Below are positions 20,065-31,515 of a DNA stretch of 64,000 nt, piece after piece (within the stretch, counting starts at the first letter, position 1; every line of letters begins with the position of its first letter). The position numbers and the translations under genes were made by a program. The notes under the pieces were generated by a model. It did no database searches and was not told where the DNA came from. It saw only the letters and a program-made list of their open reading frames with translations. The stretch lies in NCBI RefSeq assembly GCF_024521635.1, contig NW_026250430.1:434001-498000 (forward strand). The letters are read 5' to 3'. The DNA comes from Tricharina praecox (lineage: Eukaryota).

Positions 20065-22626
20065 TCATGCCTCCGAAGAGGTACGACAGCGTTCGGCCGT
20101 CTTCCAATCCTCGTAGCAATCGGAACCAATGAACGCGATGGTCCAACTGGAGGAAGTACAGGCTGTTGTCGGAACAACAGCTGCGGGGTTGGAGCCGGCG
20201 CTGCCACAACGGGGCGAGCGAACGAAGCAGGTTCCTGCGCGAGCAAGAGCCGCTGAGGAGCTGGTGCTGCCACAATGGGGCGAGCGACCAGGAGAGCTGC
20301 TGTCTTCGGCAGTGCCGGTGCTGCCATGGGGCCAGCAACCGGCAGAGCTACCGCGACTGACAGTGCTGGTGTCTGACCACAAGGGTTGACACGGGGACAT
20401 GGGGGTGTCCGGCTCCCACTCCATCTCCTGCTGTGACTTTTCAGCCAACAGTGGAGACGAAGCCCAAGACGGACCAGAAGGTCCAGAACCTTGCACAGGT
20501 CTAGAAGCGATCACTTCAAACCTGCACCTGGATACCACCCCAAGAATGGTATCCACCGCCCGAATAACCCCCATGGGAAGATCCGGACGGCGCGGCAAAT
20601 CCACCTCCTTGATGTTTTTCAACATCTGAAGGATATCCTCGATCCTCTTGAGCCCATTATACCCATCATCATTAGCCAGTCTCCTGGCTTCAGTGGCTAA
20701 ATCCCGGAGATACTGCATCTCTGCAGTTCCCACGGGATTTGCCGAAGGATTGGTGCGGGACGTAGGAGGGGCTGCCGGCGTGTGTGCAGCGGAGGGTGCA
20801 CTTAAAGCGCTCCGCTGGTTCTGCTGCTGAATCGCAGCCGTTGCCGTGGACATAGATTTAGACGCAGGCGCAGCCGTAGGCTGGGCCTTTGCCGCAATCA
20901 TAGTCGCGGACGCGGACGTGGACTTAGCAGCAGTTTGGGCGGTGGGAACGCCAGGTGCCGAACCCACGACGCTATTTCTAGCGGGGCTGGCCACCTTCGT
21001 TCCACGAGCACCCAAGCTGCGGAGCGCATTCTGGGCGGCTCTTGCACACACGTGAACTTCCTCCGGCAGGTCCTTTCGCATGGGCAGGTGCACCTTCCTG
21101 ATCTCCAACAGTTCCGCAAAGATAGTCTCGAAGTCATCGAGATTTCTTTGATTCTTCGCCGTATTGGCAGAAGCGACCAAAGACTTGAGGTACTGAATAT
21201 ATTCAGTACCTGGTTCCTTGGCTGGAGGACCTGAAGGAGCAGGGGAAGGTGCTTGACTGGCCTTACCCAGCAGAGAAGGCGCCGGGGCTTGACCCACAGG
21301 AGCAGCCGTTGCCTCACCCGACACAGCGGCCACGGTCGAACCGGAAGCGACTGGAGCGGCCGGAGCCGGGCCAGAAGCAGCAGTCGCATGGCCAGCCTGC
21401 GCCAAGGTGGGGCCGGAAGCAACTAGGGTGGTGCTCGAAACCGAGCAGGAAGCAGGTACAGAAGGAGCTTGGGGCTTCAACGCACGAGTTGCAACCTTGA
21501 GCTCGGGACCACCAACTGGTTTCTCTAAACCCGGTGCAAAACCCGCATGACTGTCACCAGCCGGTGTGCTCGGCCCGGCAGCAGCTGGGACGGCTTTACC
21601 CTTGCCAGCTTTTCTTATGGCACGTTTTCTGGGAGCCAAGGTTGGGCGTGGAGCAGGCTCTTGACCAGCACTAGCGAGTAAGGTCAAACCGGGAATAACT
21701 GGTACGGCATCACCCGGACCAGCCATCGCCGTTGCATGCCCACTGGCAGCGGTCGAGCTCGCTCCCGAAGCACTGGTAAGAGCACCAGGTGGAGGAGCTT
21801 GGGTCTCCGATGCACCCAATGCATCCGCGGTCGTCGAGTCGCTAACGGGTGTCGCCTGACCAGGTGCACCACCCTCCGGACTTACCCTAGTGGCCGTGCT
21901 TGGACCGGGAGAGACTGGGACGGCTCTACCCGCGTCAGTTCTCGCCGCCACACGTCCCCTGGGAGCCAATATCAGCCGCGGCAAAGGCGTAACCGAGCGG
22001 GGTGGGACAATCACTGGAACTGCACCAGCGCACATAGTAAGGCCAGGAATAACTGGCGCGGTATCACCCGGACCAGTCAACGCCGCCGCTAGCTCACTGG
22101 AGGTCGTGGGAGCACCAGGCAAAGCAACAGCACCGTTAGCAGGCGCGGAAGAAGAAGCATCGGCCTTCTCCTTCGGCGTGTTCTTCCGTAGAAAAATCAT
22201 GTTGTACGTCACCTGCGCAGTTCTCTGAACAACGGGTGAGAAGTCGGGGGACCCATCCATCTTCTTGATGAAGTCCCAGGCGACCTTGATCTCACCGTAG
22301 AGCCGCTCTACTCGGTCGGTGTCATACTCGTTCCAGGCCTGCTCTGCACGGTCATACAGTTGGTTTAACCCAACACGTGTGAGGTGAGCAGCAGGAGGAG
22401 GAGTAGCACCGGAAGTAGAGGGAGTGCTGTCCGGAGGTGCAGGCATGGTGACTTGAGGGGGAGGGGGAGGGGGAGGAGGAGGAGGAGGAGAAGGCGGAGG
22501 AGGGGGTGGGGGGAAATTGGCTAGGCCGTTCGCCATCTCTGTCATCAAAGGAAGAAAGTTTTTGGAAGTGAAATTCGAAATTCGAATTCTATTACAGAAA
22601 CTTGGTTCGTAGGATGAGGGAGACAT
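20065..22626 (-). CDS. Large Ala/Pro/Ser-rich hypothetical protein with three ~60 aa helical repeats; true C-terminus probably the 19716-20327 frame
   Basis: 853 aa uninterrupted ORF with N-terminal polyproline and internal repeats; apparent frameshift near 20390. Confidence 0.7.
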   Translation of the reverse strand: MSPSSYEPSFCNRIRISNFTSKNFLPLMTEMANGLANFPPPPPPPSPPPPPPPPPPPQVTMPAPPDSTPSTSGATPPPAAHLTRVGLNQLYDRAEQAWNEYDTDRVERLYGEIKVAWDFIKKMDGSPDFSPVVQRTAQVTYNMIFLRKNTPKEKADASSSAPANGAVALPGAPTTSSELAAALTGPGDTAPVIPGLTMCAGAVPVIVPPRSVTPLPRLILAPRGRVAARTDAGRAVPVSPGPSTATRVSPEGGAPGQATPVSDSTTADALGASETQAPPPGALTSASGASSTAASGHATAMAGPGDAVPVIPGLTLLASAGQEPAPRPTLAPRKRAIRKAGKGKAVPAAAGPSTPAGDSHAGFAPGLEKPVGGPELKVATRALKPQAPSVPASCSVSSTTLVASGPTLAQAGHATAASGPAPAAPVASGSTVAAVSGEATAAPVGQAPAPSLLGKASQAPSPAPSGPPAKEPGTEYIQYLKSLVASANTAKNQRNLDDFETIFAELLEIRKVHLPMRKDLPEEVHVCARAAQNALRSLGARGTKVASPARNSVVGSAPGVPTAQTAAKSTSASATMIAAKAQPTAAPASKSMSTATAAIQQQNQRSALSAPSAAHTPAAPPTSRTNPSANPVGTAEMQYLRDLATEARRLANDDGYNGLKRIEDILQMLKNIKEVDLPRRPDLPMGVIRAVDTILGVVSRCRFEVIASRPVQGSGPSGPSWASSPLLAEKSQQEMEWEPDTPMSPCQPLWSDTSTVSRGSSAGCWPHGSTGTAEDSSSPGRSPHCGSTSSSAALARAGTCFVRSPRCGSAGSNPAAVVPTTACTSSSWTIAFIGSDCYEDWKTAERCRTSSEA

Positions 22627-23970
22627 GAAGAAGAAAGGAAGGGAGGGAGGAAGCGGAAGAAGAACCTTTATAAGGAACTCAGAGGCACTAGTGTTTTTTG
22701 ATGGTAGACCCGTTTGGAGAGCATCACTCGGTCACTTCCCGCGCACAGCCCTAGCTGAGTGGGTCGTCTTGATGTTGTAGGCAAGCAAACGTGTGCCCTA
22801 ACCCGCCCCGTGCTTGACTGGAATGATAATTTTGGCCGTTTCTGCTTCGATAGTGTGCTCATGAGTCATCCGATCAAATCAGAACAATAATCTCAGCAGA
22901 AACTTCTACTACAACCAGCGGTGCCATCGCTGTTCTAGCACTGATGTCCAACAGTTGACCGAGGCATACACACCCACGTGTTGGTCTGTACGCGGAAGCC
23001 TGGGAGATGCGTCAAGAGTTCAGCTCCATTCCGCACAATCATAGTTATCTCGCAACCTGTAGAGCTATCAAGCACAAGTAAACTCAAAATCTGCGTCCAA
23101 ACTACACCCATCCCACTCGCTAGCCGCCTGAGGCCGAGTGATCGCTAATGCAGCACCTCCGGCATCAGACCATCAGTTACTAGTAGGTACTTACTTAGGT
23201 AGCTCGTCGACCTGTGCCTGTTTGACTGCTACAATATCGAAACCACAGCAGTTGGCTCGGCAGGCAATGTGGGTCGGCAGGTTGTAGGCTGCCGCCCGGG
23301 CCTGTGGAGGGTAGGCAGTCGGAGGGTATGTATGTCTGCCGGCATACACTCTTGCACGTGGTGTCACTCAGGCCAGGATTGTCTGCGCTGCTGTTTATAC
23401 CAGATCCTGACATCCTGAGTCTCGCAGCGATGTCGGCACCGAAGTGGGCGGGAACTCGCTGGCGGGTAGCCGTGAGTCGACGCTTCTAAGGATAGTTTGG
23501 TTAGGTATGTGACCCCCATGTTCAGCTGGATATTCGCCGCTTGAAAGATGGGTATGATCGCCACCAGTGATGCGTATACACGGTATGTACTTAGGTATTA
23601 CGGCACCGTATTGGAATCACAGTCACTCGGCGAAGCTATGTCACATATATACCGCAAACTGGAAAGAAAAAGGTCTCGATCAAAGAAAGGAAAGTAAATA
23701 CCGTCCAGAATCCAGATGCACCTGCCAGCGTGCGAAAGCAAAGAAAAGAGAGAAATAAGAATATTCACCCGCCAAACACACTCAGACCATGAAAAAACCA
23801 AACGCAGCAGACTCGCGAAAAAAACAACCCGCAAGCAAGAAAGCAAGCAAGTCAGTCAGAAAAGAAACACAAACAAAGCCCCCCGAGAAAGAAAGAAAAA
23901 TGAAACCCGACCTCCGGCCGCCGCAGCCTGGTCGTCCCTAACTTCTAGCGCGCCTAACCACAACTACTAC

Positions 23971-24156
23971 CTAGCCCCAGCGCGCCCTCATGTACACCTC
24001 GTTGGCAGCCGCCATATGCACAGCAAACTGCGTATCGGTGCAACGTTTTCCGCACCGCGAGTTCTGGCACGTCTGCGTACTCATGCTGCTCAGGTGATGG
24101 CAGGATGCGCACCTCCACTTGTATGCCGCTGCTGGCTTGGATGAGCCGCGACCCAT
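23971..24156 (-). CDS. Family B putatively myristoylated RanBP2/NZF-like zinc-finger microprotein copy 2, 61 aa
   Basis: MGRGSSKPAAAYKWRCASCHHLSSMSTQTCQNSRCGKRCTDTQFAVHMAAANEVYMRARWG; TATAAA on minus at 24368-24363. Confidence 0.85.
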   Translation of the reverse strand: MGRGSSKPAAAYKWRCASCHHLSSMSTQTCQNSRCGKRCTDTQFAVHMAAANEVYMRARWG

Positions 24157-25015
24157 TGTGATCGTGGGCTGTGTGTGAGTTGTGTGTGGGGAGAGGTTTG
24201 TTCGAGGTGACGGTGGTATGGAGAGTCGTGCGTTAGTTGGTCTCGGAGGTTCAGATGGCTTGTTCAGATTCTGTGTGTTCTTCGAGAGTTGTTGAGGTGT
24301 TGAGGTGTTGGTGATTGGTGGGGATGAAGAAAGAAAATGTTATGGGCGTACCACTCGTGAGATTTATATCCGGTAGATGCGGTGAGGCCCAGTGAACGGA
24401 ACATCAACTTCCATTGCAATACGCATCATCGAGGTTTGAAAGCGCGGTAGCAACACGGTCGGTGGTGGAATGCTGCTGCGCGCTTCTCGCCGAGCGGGAA
24501 GCCCCGATATATACATGTCAAGTCGGTCAACCGGCTTACTCTGACTGCACAATGCAGGAAACCTAAGATGGAGATCCGTATTGAACGAATGCCAGTTATC
24601 GTGATCGCGACACGGCAAGCACGAAATTCCGAAATTCCGAAATCCCATCCTATCTGCACTCCGGGCAACAGCTCACCGCGGCAACCTGGGTCCTATGTAA
24701 GCACTTCCAAGTAGGGACGCCCTTCGTCCGGCCGCGTCTGCCAACTGCAGGGTATGTATCTACATAGGTGGGTACATATCTTATCTCTCAGCATGATGTT
24801 GCCACTAGCGACCCGCAATCATGATCTCGGAGCTGTTCTCGCACATGCAGTTTGTATGCAGGGCGAAAATCGGAATGCACATGATGGTGGGTGCTTCTTT
24901 CGTTTATGCCCTTCCACCAGCTGAAAGAGTCCAAACAGCATGCATGCATGCGTGCATATCCGAGCGGCCGCCCGGTGGGTGCGCGCGTCAAATCGTCCCT
25001 CGTATCGGTGGCGGA

Positions 25016-25037
25016 TCTCTCTCTCTCTCTCTCTCTC
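25016..25037. repeat. (TC)n microsatellite
   Basis: 11 TC units. Confidence 0.9.
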
Positions 25038-26702
25038 CGCCAGGGGCAGGCAGGCAGGCCGCAGGAAGTCGGGTACGGGTGCGGGAATAACAGTGCGTCT
25101 GCGTCCGGGCGACTCCGGAGATCCGTTCGACGCTGACAAAACCCGATGATATATATCGCCAACATATATGGCATCCCCATCGTCGGCGTTGTGCTTTTTT
25201 TTCCGGCTGATTTGCCGGTTAGGGGTCGTAGGCCAGGGTAGCGCTCTCTCTCGGTTGCTCTGTCACGACGACGTCGGACCGGCTCCGGCAATAGCGAGAA
25301 CCTTCGGGGATCCGTCGGGGAGGGCACATGCGGTGATCACAACCAAATACCGAATGGATTTATCACGTTGTGTCGTCCGGAGAGTGCCGGTTGGTAATGA
25401 CAGATCGAGTCCGGATAGGATAGAGGTGGATAGTAGGCACGCCATCAACTGGCGAATCGGAGTTCCGGACATATCTATGTACCTGATGATCGATGACAGT
25501 CAGCAGAAGGAGGTTCCTGCATGGCGTTTCGTTTCGAAAAGGCATTCTGAGAGCGCTCAAGAGTCAAGACGGATGCCACGACCGTTGCGAACGGCAAGTA
25601 GCGTGATCCTAGAAGGAAGACGGCGAAAATGAAAAATAATGAAGAAGTTGAGGTAGTATCCAACTCTGAAGAGCCATCCGATACGGCTCTCCTCCACTGC
25701 CTACAACGTTCAGTGTCACTCGACCCGGCCAGTCCGGCTGCCACCACCATTCGGATCCATCGTTCCGACTGGCTCTCATCCTACAATCTTATCAGATCCC
25801 TCAACTATCATACACGTGTCCTCTCGGTGGTGGCAGACGAGAGTAAGCGAGTGGCGAATGAAGGCGGGTGCAGACAGCGGAACGTTGGAGATGCCCAATC
25901 CTCGCTTGTACGTACTCCGGTATCTGGGGACGCTAAGGTCCCTCAGATCGTAGTTAGGCTGGCGTTTCGTCGGCAATGCTAGGCGCTGCATGCGTGGCGA
26001 CAGATACCGTGTGTGGCGTTGGGAGTATGTACCCAGCGGTGATCATCGACCGGCGAGCTCGCCGGATGAGTCCCAAAGGGGGTTGATTGGAAGGATATCG
26101 TTAAGCAGACCTGTCAGACGGGAAAGGTAGCGGGACGAGGAGTTCGGCAGCACCTATTTGCGTGGCTTGGGCTGTGTGGCAGCGACTGGATTGACTATTG
26201 AAGCGAGTGCTATGTACCTATATTTGCTTGTTATTGACGGTCATGATATTGTTCGCGGATAAAATCGGGTTATCCGTGCTGTTCGCCGCCCTCTTGCCGA
26301 AGTCACATACATCCTACCCAGGGTGACTTGAAGTGAAGGAGAATACGAATTAATAGACCCCCGGCAATTGCGCATACAAATCGACACGTACGTCTGACTG
26401 ACTGACTAATTGGCGTAAGTGCAAGTGCGAGTATGTGCAGGTCGGTCGGTCATTCCTCTCAATTCTATCACTGTAAATCACATGCACACAGCTATCCCTC
26501 AACGAACAGACAATGCATCCATAGGATCTATACTCTCTCTCACGGAACCCAGTCATTCTTCACACTTCATTCATGCACCCTCAAGCACCATGCTCCTCGC
26601 TGCTTCCACCATCACCTCCCCGTCACCATCATCACCATCTCCCCCGCCAGCAACATCAGCAGCAAAATCATCACGCCAAACAAACCATACTCCCACACGG
26701 CC

Positions 26703-26846
26703 ATGGACGGGATCTTACAGCCGCACTGCAAGGCTGGGTACTCCCGGTGGTGCTCGAAATGCGCTGCCCAGCAGACGGGATGGATCCAGTGCCCGCATGG
26801 ATGGAGCGTGTGCCCGAGTGAGGAGTGCCGTGCTGGCAGTGTGTAG
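26703..26846 (+). CDS. Candidate Cys-rich microprotein, 47 aa
   Basis: GCCATGG start after a CA-rich leader; MDGILQPHCKAGYSRWCSKCAAQQTGWIQCPHGWSVCPSEECRAGSV (6 Cys). Confidence 0.4.
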   Translation: MDGILQPHCKAGYSRWCSKCAAQQTGWIQCPHGWSVCPSEECRAGSV

Positions 26847-27504
26847 GTGTATGTGTCTTGGTGGCAGGTGCGGAAGCGGCAGGCGCAGGTGGGGGCGCGT
26901 GTTGTCATGGGGGATAAGATGTAGGTAAATACTTAGGGAGGGTTTGTGGGTTCGCACTTCGAACCTCGAACCCTCCCAGATGAAGCTGATGCTGGTGGAC
27001 TTATATGGTGGGGCATTCGTCTCGACCGTGGCCTGTGGGTGCGGCCGTGGCGGAGGCTGTATGTAGGTTGGCGCAAAATCTCAGGGGGAGGATGGGCACG
27101 GGTGATACCGGGTGACTGGCGGTTGATCAGATCTTGTCCCTGGTTCACCCTGGTGTCAACCAGGTCTATGGTAGCGATCTTGTGAACCTCCTCTCTGCTA
27201 CGGAGTGCATCCAACTATCGTGTCGAGTTGAGCAGGCAGAGCGGGAGCGTGCGACTCGGATGTGGGATGTGGTATTCGATATGAAGATGATAGAAACCTA
27301 CGGAGAACCTCATGCGGCAGGGTGAGGGCATACTATGTCTTTCATGGAAGAGGATTAATGGGATAATAGTAGCTTTATAGAAGACTCAAGACGATGTAGA
27401 GTATCATCAGTGAGAGGAACCAAAGGTCGACTCGTGACGATGGAGTGGTGACCTCGAAGCACGAGTAGAATTCCATCCCAGCTTTCAATAGATCATTCGG
27501 CTGC

Positions 27505-28764
27505 TTGCTTTCTACCACTGAAGGATTTGGAAGGAATCATCGCGCATCGACAATTTTTTATATATACTCAGACCAACCACTTCCTCTATCTCCCCAGACA
27601 TCCATGCGAACGACAAGAAAACACCGTACGATGCAGAATACGCTGTCCCAATGGGTCGAAACGTGTCACCGAGCACTAAAGATGCTATGGTTGTGGTTCG
27701 TGGGAATGGAACATGGTGATTCGGGGTCAGAAGATGAGGGACATTTGCCGTTGTTTAACACAACGAAAACGGCGGGAGCGGAGGGCATAGAGCTGCGAAC
27801 CCTACAACCCACACAGAACATCTACTCCCGCAATCACTCCCACTACCGGGAGCAACACTCACCACCACCACCACCACAGCGACCACCGCCACAACCGCCA
27901 CCACCGCCACAACCACACACACACTCCCTCACCGCCACCTCCAAAAACGCCGAAATGCAGAAGCGGGGACCAGACGAGACGGAGCGCAGCTCCCACCAGC
28001 GGCCCGCGCTGCCCTCCCTCGAGCCGATCCAGTGGAACAAGAACTATCTCCTTGCCCTCGGCGCGACCACCGTGCCGTTCACGCCTCCCATACTCCCTCT
28101 TTCCACCGACCTCCTCAGCACGCTCACCGCTACTCTCTCAACTCCCGCGCCCCCCACCCTCTCCGGCGTAGCCTACTACACCACCGCGCTTTCCACCGCC
28201 CCGAACAGCCACCAGCGGCACCAGCTATGCAGCGCGCTGGTCGCGCAGCTGCTACTGTCGCAGACGTCGCACTACGCAGCGACGCCGCCGGCGCTAGAGC
28301 TGCGGTACAAGCACGCCATTGCCCGCTGGTCGCCGCGCGGACATGTCGGCACAGACCTGTGGCATGTTGCGCCGCGACGGCGCACGAAAGATTATGCAGA
28401 GGAGGCGGCGATGGCGATAAGTATCGCCCAGGAGTGCTTAAGGGAGGGGGAGAGGGTGTGGACTGGCTGGTTGGTTAGTGTTAGGGCGGCGTGGGGTGTG
28501 GTGATCATGGCGACGGTCGAGAGGGAGTTGTTGGTTGAGCTGAGGGATGGCGAGGTGCTGCGGAGGGGGGATAGGGTGACGAAGCGGGGGGGAATCAGGT
28601 TGGAGGTTGCAATGGAGTGTAGGATGGGCGATCCGGAGCAAAGGGTGTTGTTTGCGGGAATGTTGGCGGGCGTGGTGAAGGACGTGGAAAGGTCCATGAG
28701 GGGTAGGTGGGCAGTTGGGAGTTGGGATCGCGAGGAGGAGGATGAGGAGGAGGAGGAGGAGTAG
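27505..28764 (+). CDS. Hypothetical protein (up to 419 aa; real start probably a downstream ATG such as 27604 or 27631)
   Basis: Long ORF with a Pro-rich linker, globular-looking C-terminal half and acidic tail; no family recognised. Confidence 0.65.
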   Translation: MLSTTEGFGRNHRASTIFYIYSDQPLPLSPQTSMRTTRKHRTMQNTLSQWVETCHRALKMLWLWFVGMEHGDSGSEDEGHLPLFNTTKTAGAEGIELRTLQPTQNIYSRNHSHYREQHSPPPPPQRPPPQPPPPPQPHTHSLTATSKNAEMQKRGPDETERSSHQRPALPSLEPIQWNKNYLLALGATTVPFTPPILPLSTDLLSTLTATLSTPAPPTLSGVAYYTTALSTAPNSHQRHQLCSALVAQLLLSQTSHYAATPPALELRYKHAIARWSPRGHVGTDLWHVAPRRRTKDYAEEAAMAISIAQECLREGERVWTGWLVSVRAAWGVVIMATVERELLVELRDGEVLRRGDRVTKRGGIRLEVAMECRMGDPEQRVLFAGMLAGVVKDVERSMRGRWAVGSWDREEEDEEEEEE

Positions 28765-31515
28765 ATTCGCGGGTCGCTTCACTTGCGGAGAATGGCTGAT
28801 GGCATTGCGATTTCGGGTTTGTTGGATGACTGGTGGATGTCTGGTCGATAACGGAGACGAGCGAAGCCTGTATGAGCCGAAGGGTTGATCTTTTAGCGAA
28901 GGGGCACGGTCGTACATATCACCACCAGCTAGACACTGTGACTAAAGCAATAATGTCCAGAGTTTCTAGCAGTTCCTTGGTGTAGGCCCATTACTGTCGC
29001 TCTCTCGGCATCGTGACTAGTACCAACTTGATCCATTAGATGATCTTCCCATCACCGGTTCCCACTTCCCAGTTCTGGATACGAGCGGAAGCTACATTCG
29101 AGGCTGGTGACTGGTCTGGTGGCCATGTGCCTTCTCTACTGCACTTTCCTGGCTGAAACTTGAAACTGTAACCCAAAACTCACGGCGGAGAGGATACCGT
29201 AGCTACGAGGCATGCACTCTCACCCACCCGTACGTCATGAACTTGATCACCAGTGACTCCGCATGGAGCAGGGACTCCCGGCGCCCGCCCGTCTTCACCT
29301 CAGCTCAGCCACTCCCACTTGATCACGATTCAGACTGCATCGTGGAACACATGCACCAACCCGTGCCATACCACGGTAACTGTCCTCTGCGAGTCTGTTC
29401 CATCCCGTGCACCACAGCTCGCCGCGAGTCCGCGTGCTTTTCCTGCCGTCAGTGCCCATCTGTATCCACATCCATGTCTCCAGCACATTCCAGCCACGGT
29501 CTCAGCCACAGCAGCCACATCTCAGCCACAACTCCACAGCGTCACACCTCTCCCCTCCAAAGTTGAAACCAGAACCCATCCCTCGCGCGTAACTAACCAA
29601 TTGCTTCTTCACATCCGATGATCAATCATCTATCACCCGATCGGTCTAACATCCTCCATTCACCTTCCCGGCCTTTCGCTGCGAAGCTGGCTGAGACAAA
29701 AAGAAGGAAACAAACGAGCGGGGAGCAGGAGCAGGACCAAGACCAAGGATCGCATCTCGATTATCGCCTGTATGTGATACCAGTAGGTGCCGGTATGGTG
29801 GTGGGGAACGGAACTTGGGTGGAGGCGGGCCCCGCCGGTTGCGTTTTGTTTTGTTTTCTTTTTTGTGCAACGGCGGAGACGACGTCCGGGGCGGGGCGGC
29901 GATGGATCATCATGGCGACCGGCAACAGCACGCCAGACACGATTCCTGTCCACCCCGCTAGTAACCTCCCGCTAGGCCCCCGGGGCATAAGCGGGCGATG
30001 TAGTGATGCTTCAGCCTTCGGGCTCCAACAGCTCCCTTTGATGTCTGGACTCTGGACTCTGCCGCACTTCCAGGCGAAACCGTCTTCGATTCTCAATAGA
30101 GGCACTCAAGAGCGTGAGTCGCCACTGCAGGATGTTTCTCTCTTTTCGTTTTTCACATTCCCCGGGGCCTGGATGTGGTTCATTGCAGCCGGCGCGTTGA
30201 CGTTCGGTAGATATCTGCAGCAATAATTCCGCCGGATATGGGGTCCTTTTCGTATTTTACCGTTTTTCTTGCGCAGAAATCGCGCCTGCGGTGAGTCGAG
30301 TCAATCCTTTCGGCGGCGCGGGGGCACCAGTTGATGGCGCAATCGATTGCAATCGTGATGATTTCGCTCGCCTTCTTCACTTCACCTCCCCTGGGTATCG
30401 ATGCAGGGCCTGCGTCCATTCCTTTGTCGTGCACAAAGCCACGGCGTAAAAGGGCCACGGCACCTGGCAATGGAAGATCATGAGACTGTATGCAGTCTGT
30501 CCCTCTCCGGAAAACGGGAGTTCTCTCCCGCCTTGCATCCAGCACCCCACATCTGCGGATGCGGATGGGATGGGGATGTCGGTGTCACTCTGCTGGGTAT
30601 TCCACATGCGACCAGGGCAAGGATAGTTATGGTCGCGATGGGCTTCCGTGATGTGTTGGGGAACTGGCGAAATGGACTGGGTGAGGATTGGCCTCGCTTC
30701 GAGATGGAGGTTAGCGAGTGAGCAGCAGCGGCGATGGCGACCAACGACTGGCCGGCGACCAGTTGGAAGATCTCGGAAGACAAGATGGAGTTGTCAGTTA
30801 TCCGTCGTCCATTGCGCATCACTAGAGAATGACCAGGCCAGGCCAGACCTCGGGTTTCTTTCTTTTCTTTCTTTTCCTCAGCGCCGGCGATTGACTCCAA
30901 GCGAAGCAACGCAGCAGCTACAGAGAACCAATTCATGCCGACCGTTGACTGGCCCAAAGCAGGAATCCACATCCGACCGTGAGGCTCTCCGCCCCAATTC
31001 GCTACGCCGATTGGCTGGCTGCGGCTGGGCGCGACGACGTGCATGACGGCATCTTCTTCGCCCTTCAAGGTCAGAAGACTGTCCTATCCGATTTTCACGA
31101 TGGCGAGGGCAGAAAGTACGAGTACAAGTATTCTCCTCATTTTTTCTCTTTCTTTTCTCTTTCTTTTCTACCCATTTCTTTTCCGGGCAGTAGGACGGGA
31201 GAACAAGTTCTTCCCCCTTCCACCTCATCCCTCCTCTTGCTTCCTGTTCCCCCCCCGGGCCCTGCTGCTTTTAAGCCTACACTTGCTCGCTTGCTTCGCG
31301 GTCTTGCTGGATTCCCCCAGACACCATCGAACCTTCTTCCCGAACCTAACCCTCCCCTCATCCAAACCTTCCGCAAGAGCCTCAGGGCGCCCCGAGTGTT
31401 TCTACTCCCGGAACGACGTCACCGTCCGTGCGCGAATCTCACGCGTCACCACCGCCCACCGACGCCCGGACCACCACCATCGAGAGAGAACGGCCTCCTC
31501 CCTCCACTCGCAGTC

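Larger units (their letters stand above)
17585..24600 (-). repeat. Minus-strand block of family B repeat units, interrupted by unrelated sequence at about 19290-23100
   Basis: Reverse complements of the unit motifs found at 33.6-46.5 kb; for example 17585-17760 matches about 44690-44860. Boundaries are approximate. Confidence 0.8.

Noticed and set aside
30979..31515. N-terminal extension of the MFS ORF
   Set aside because: GTG start and pyrimidine-rich UTR-like sequence; family similarity begins after ATG 31516.
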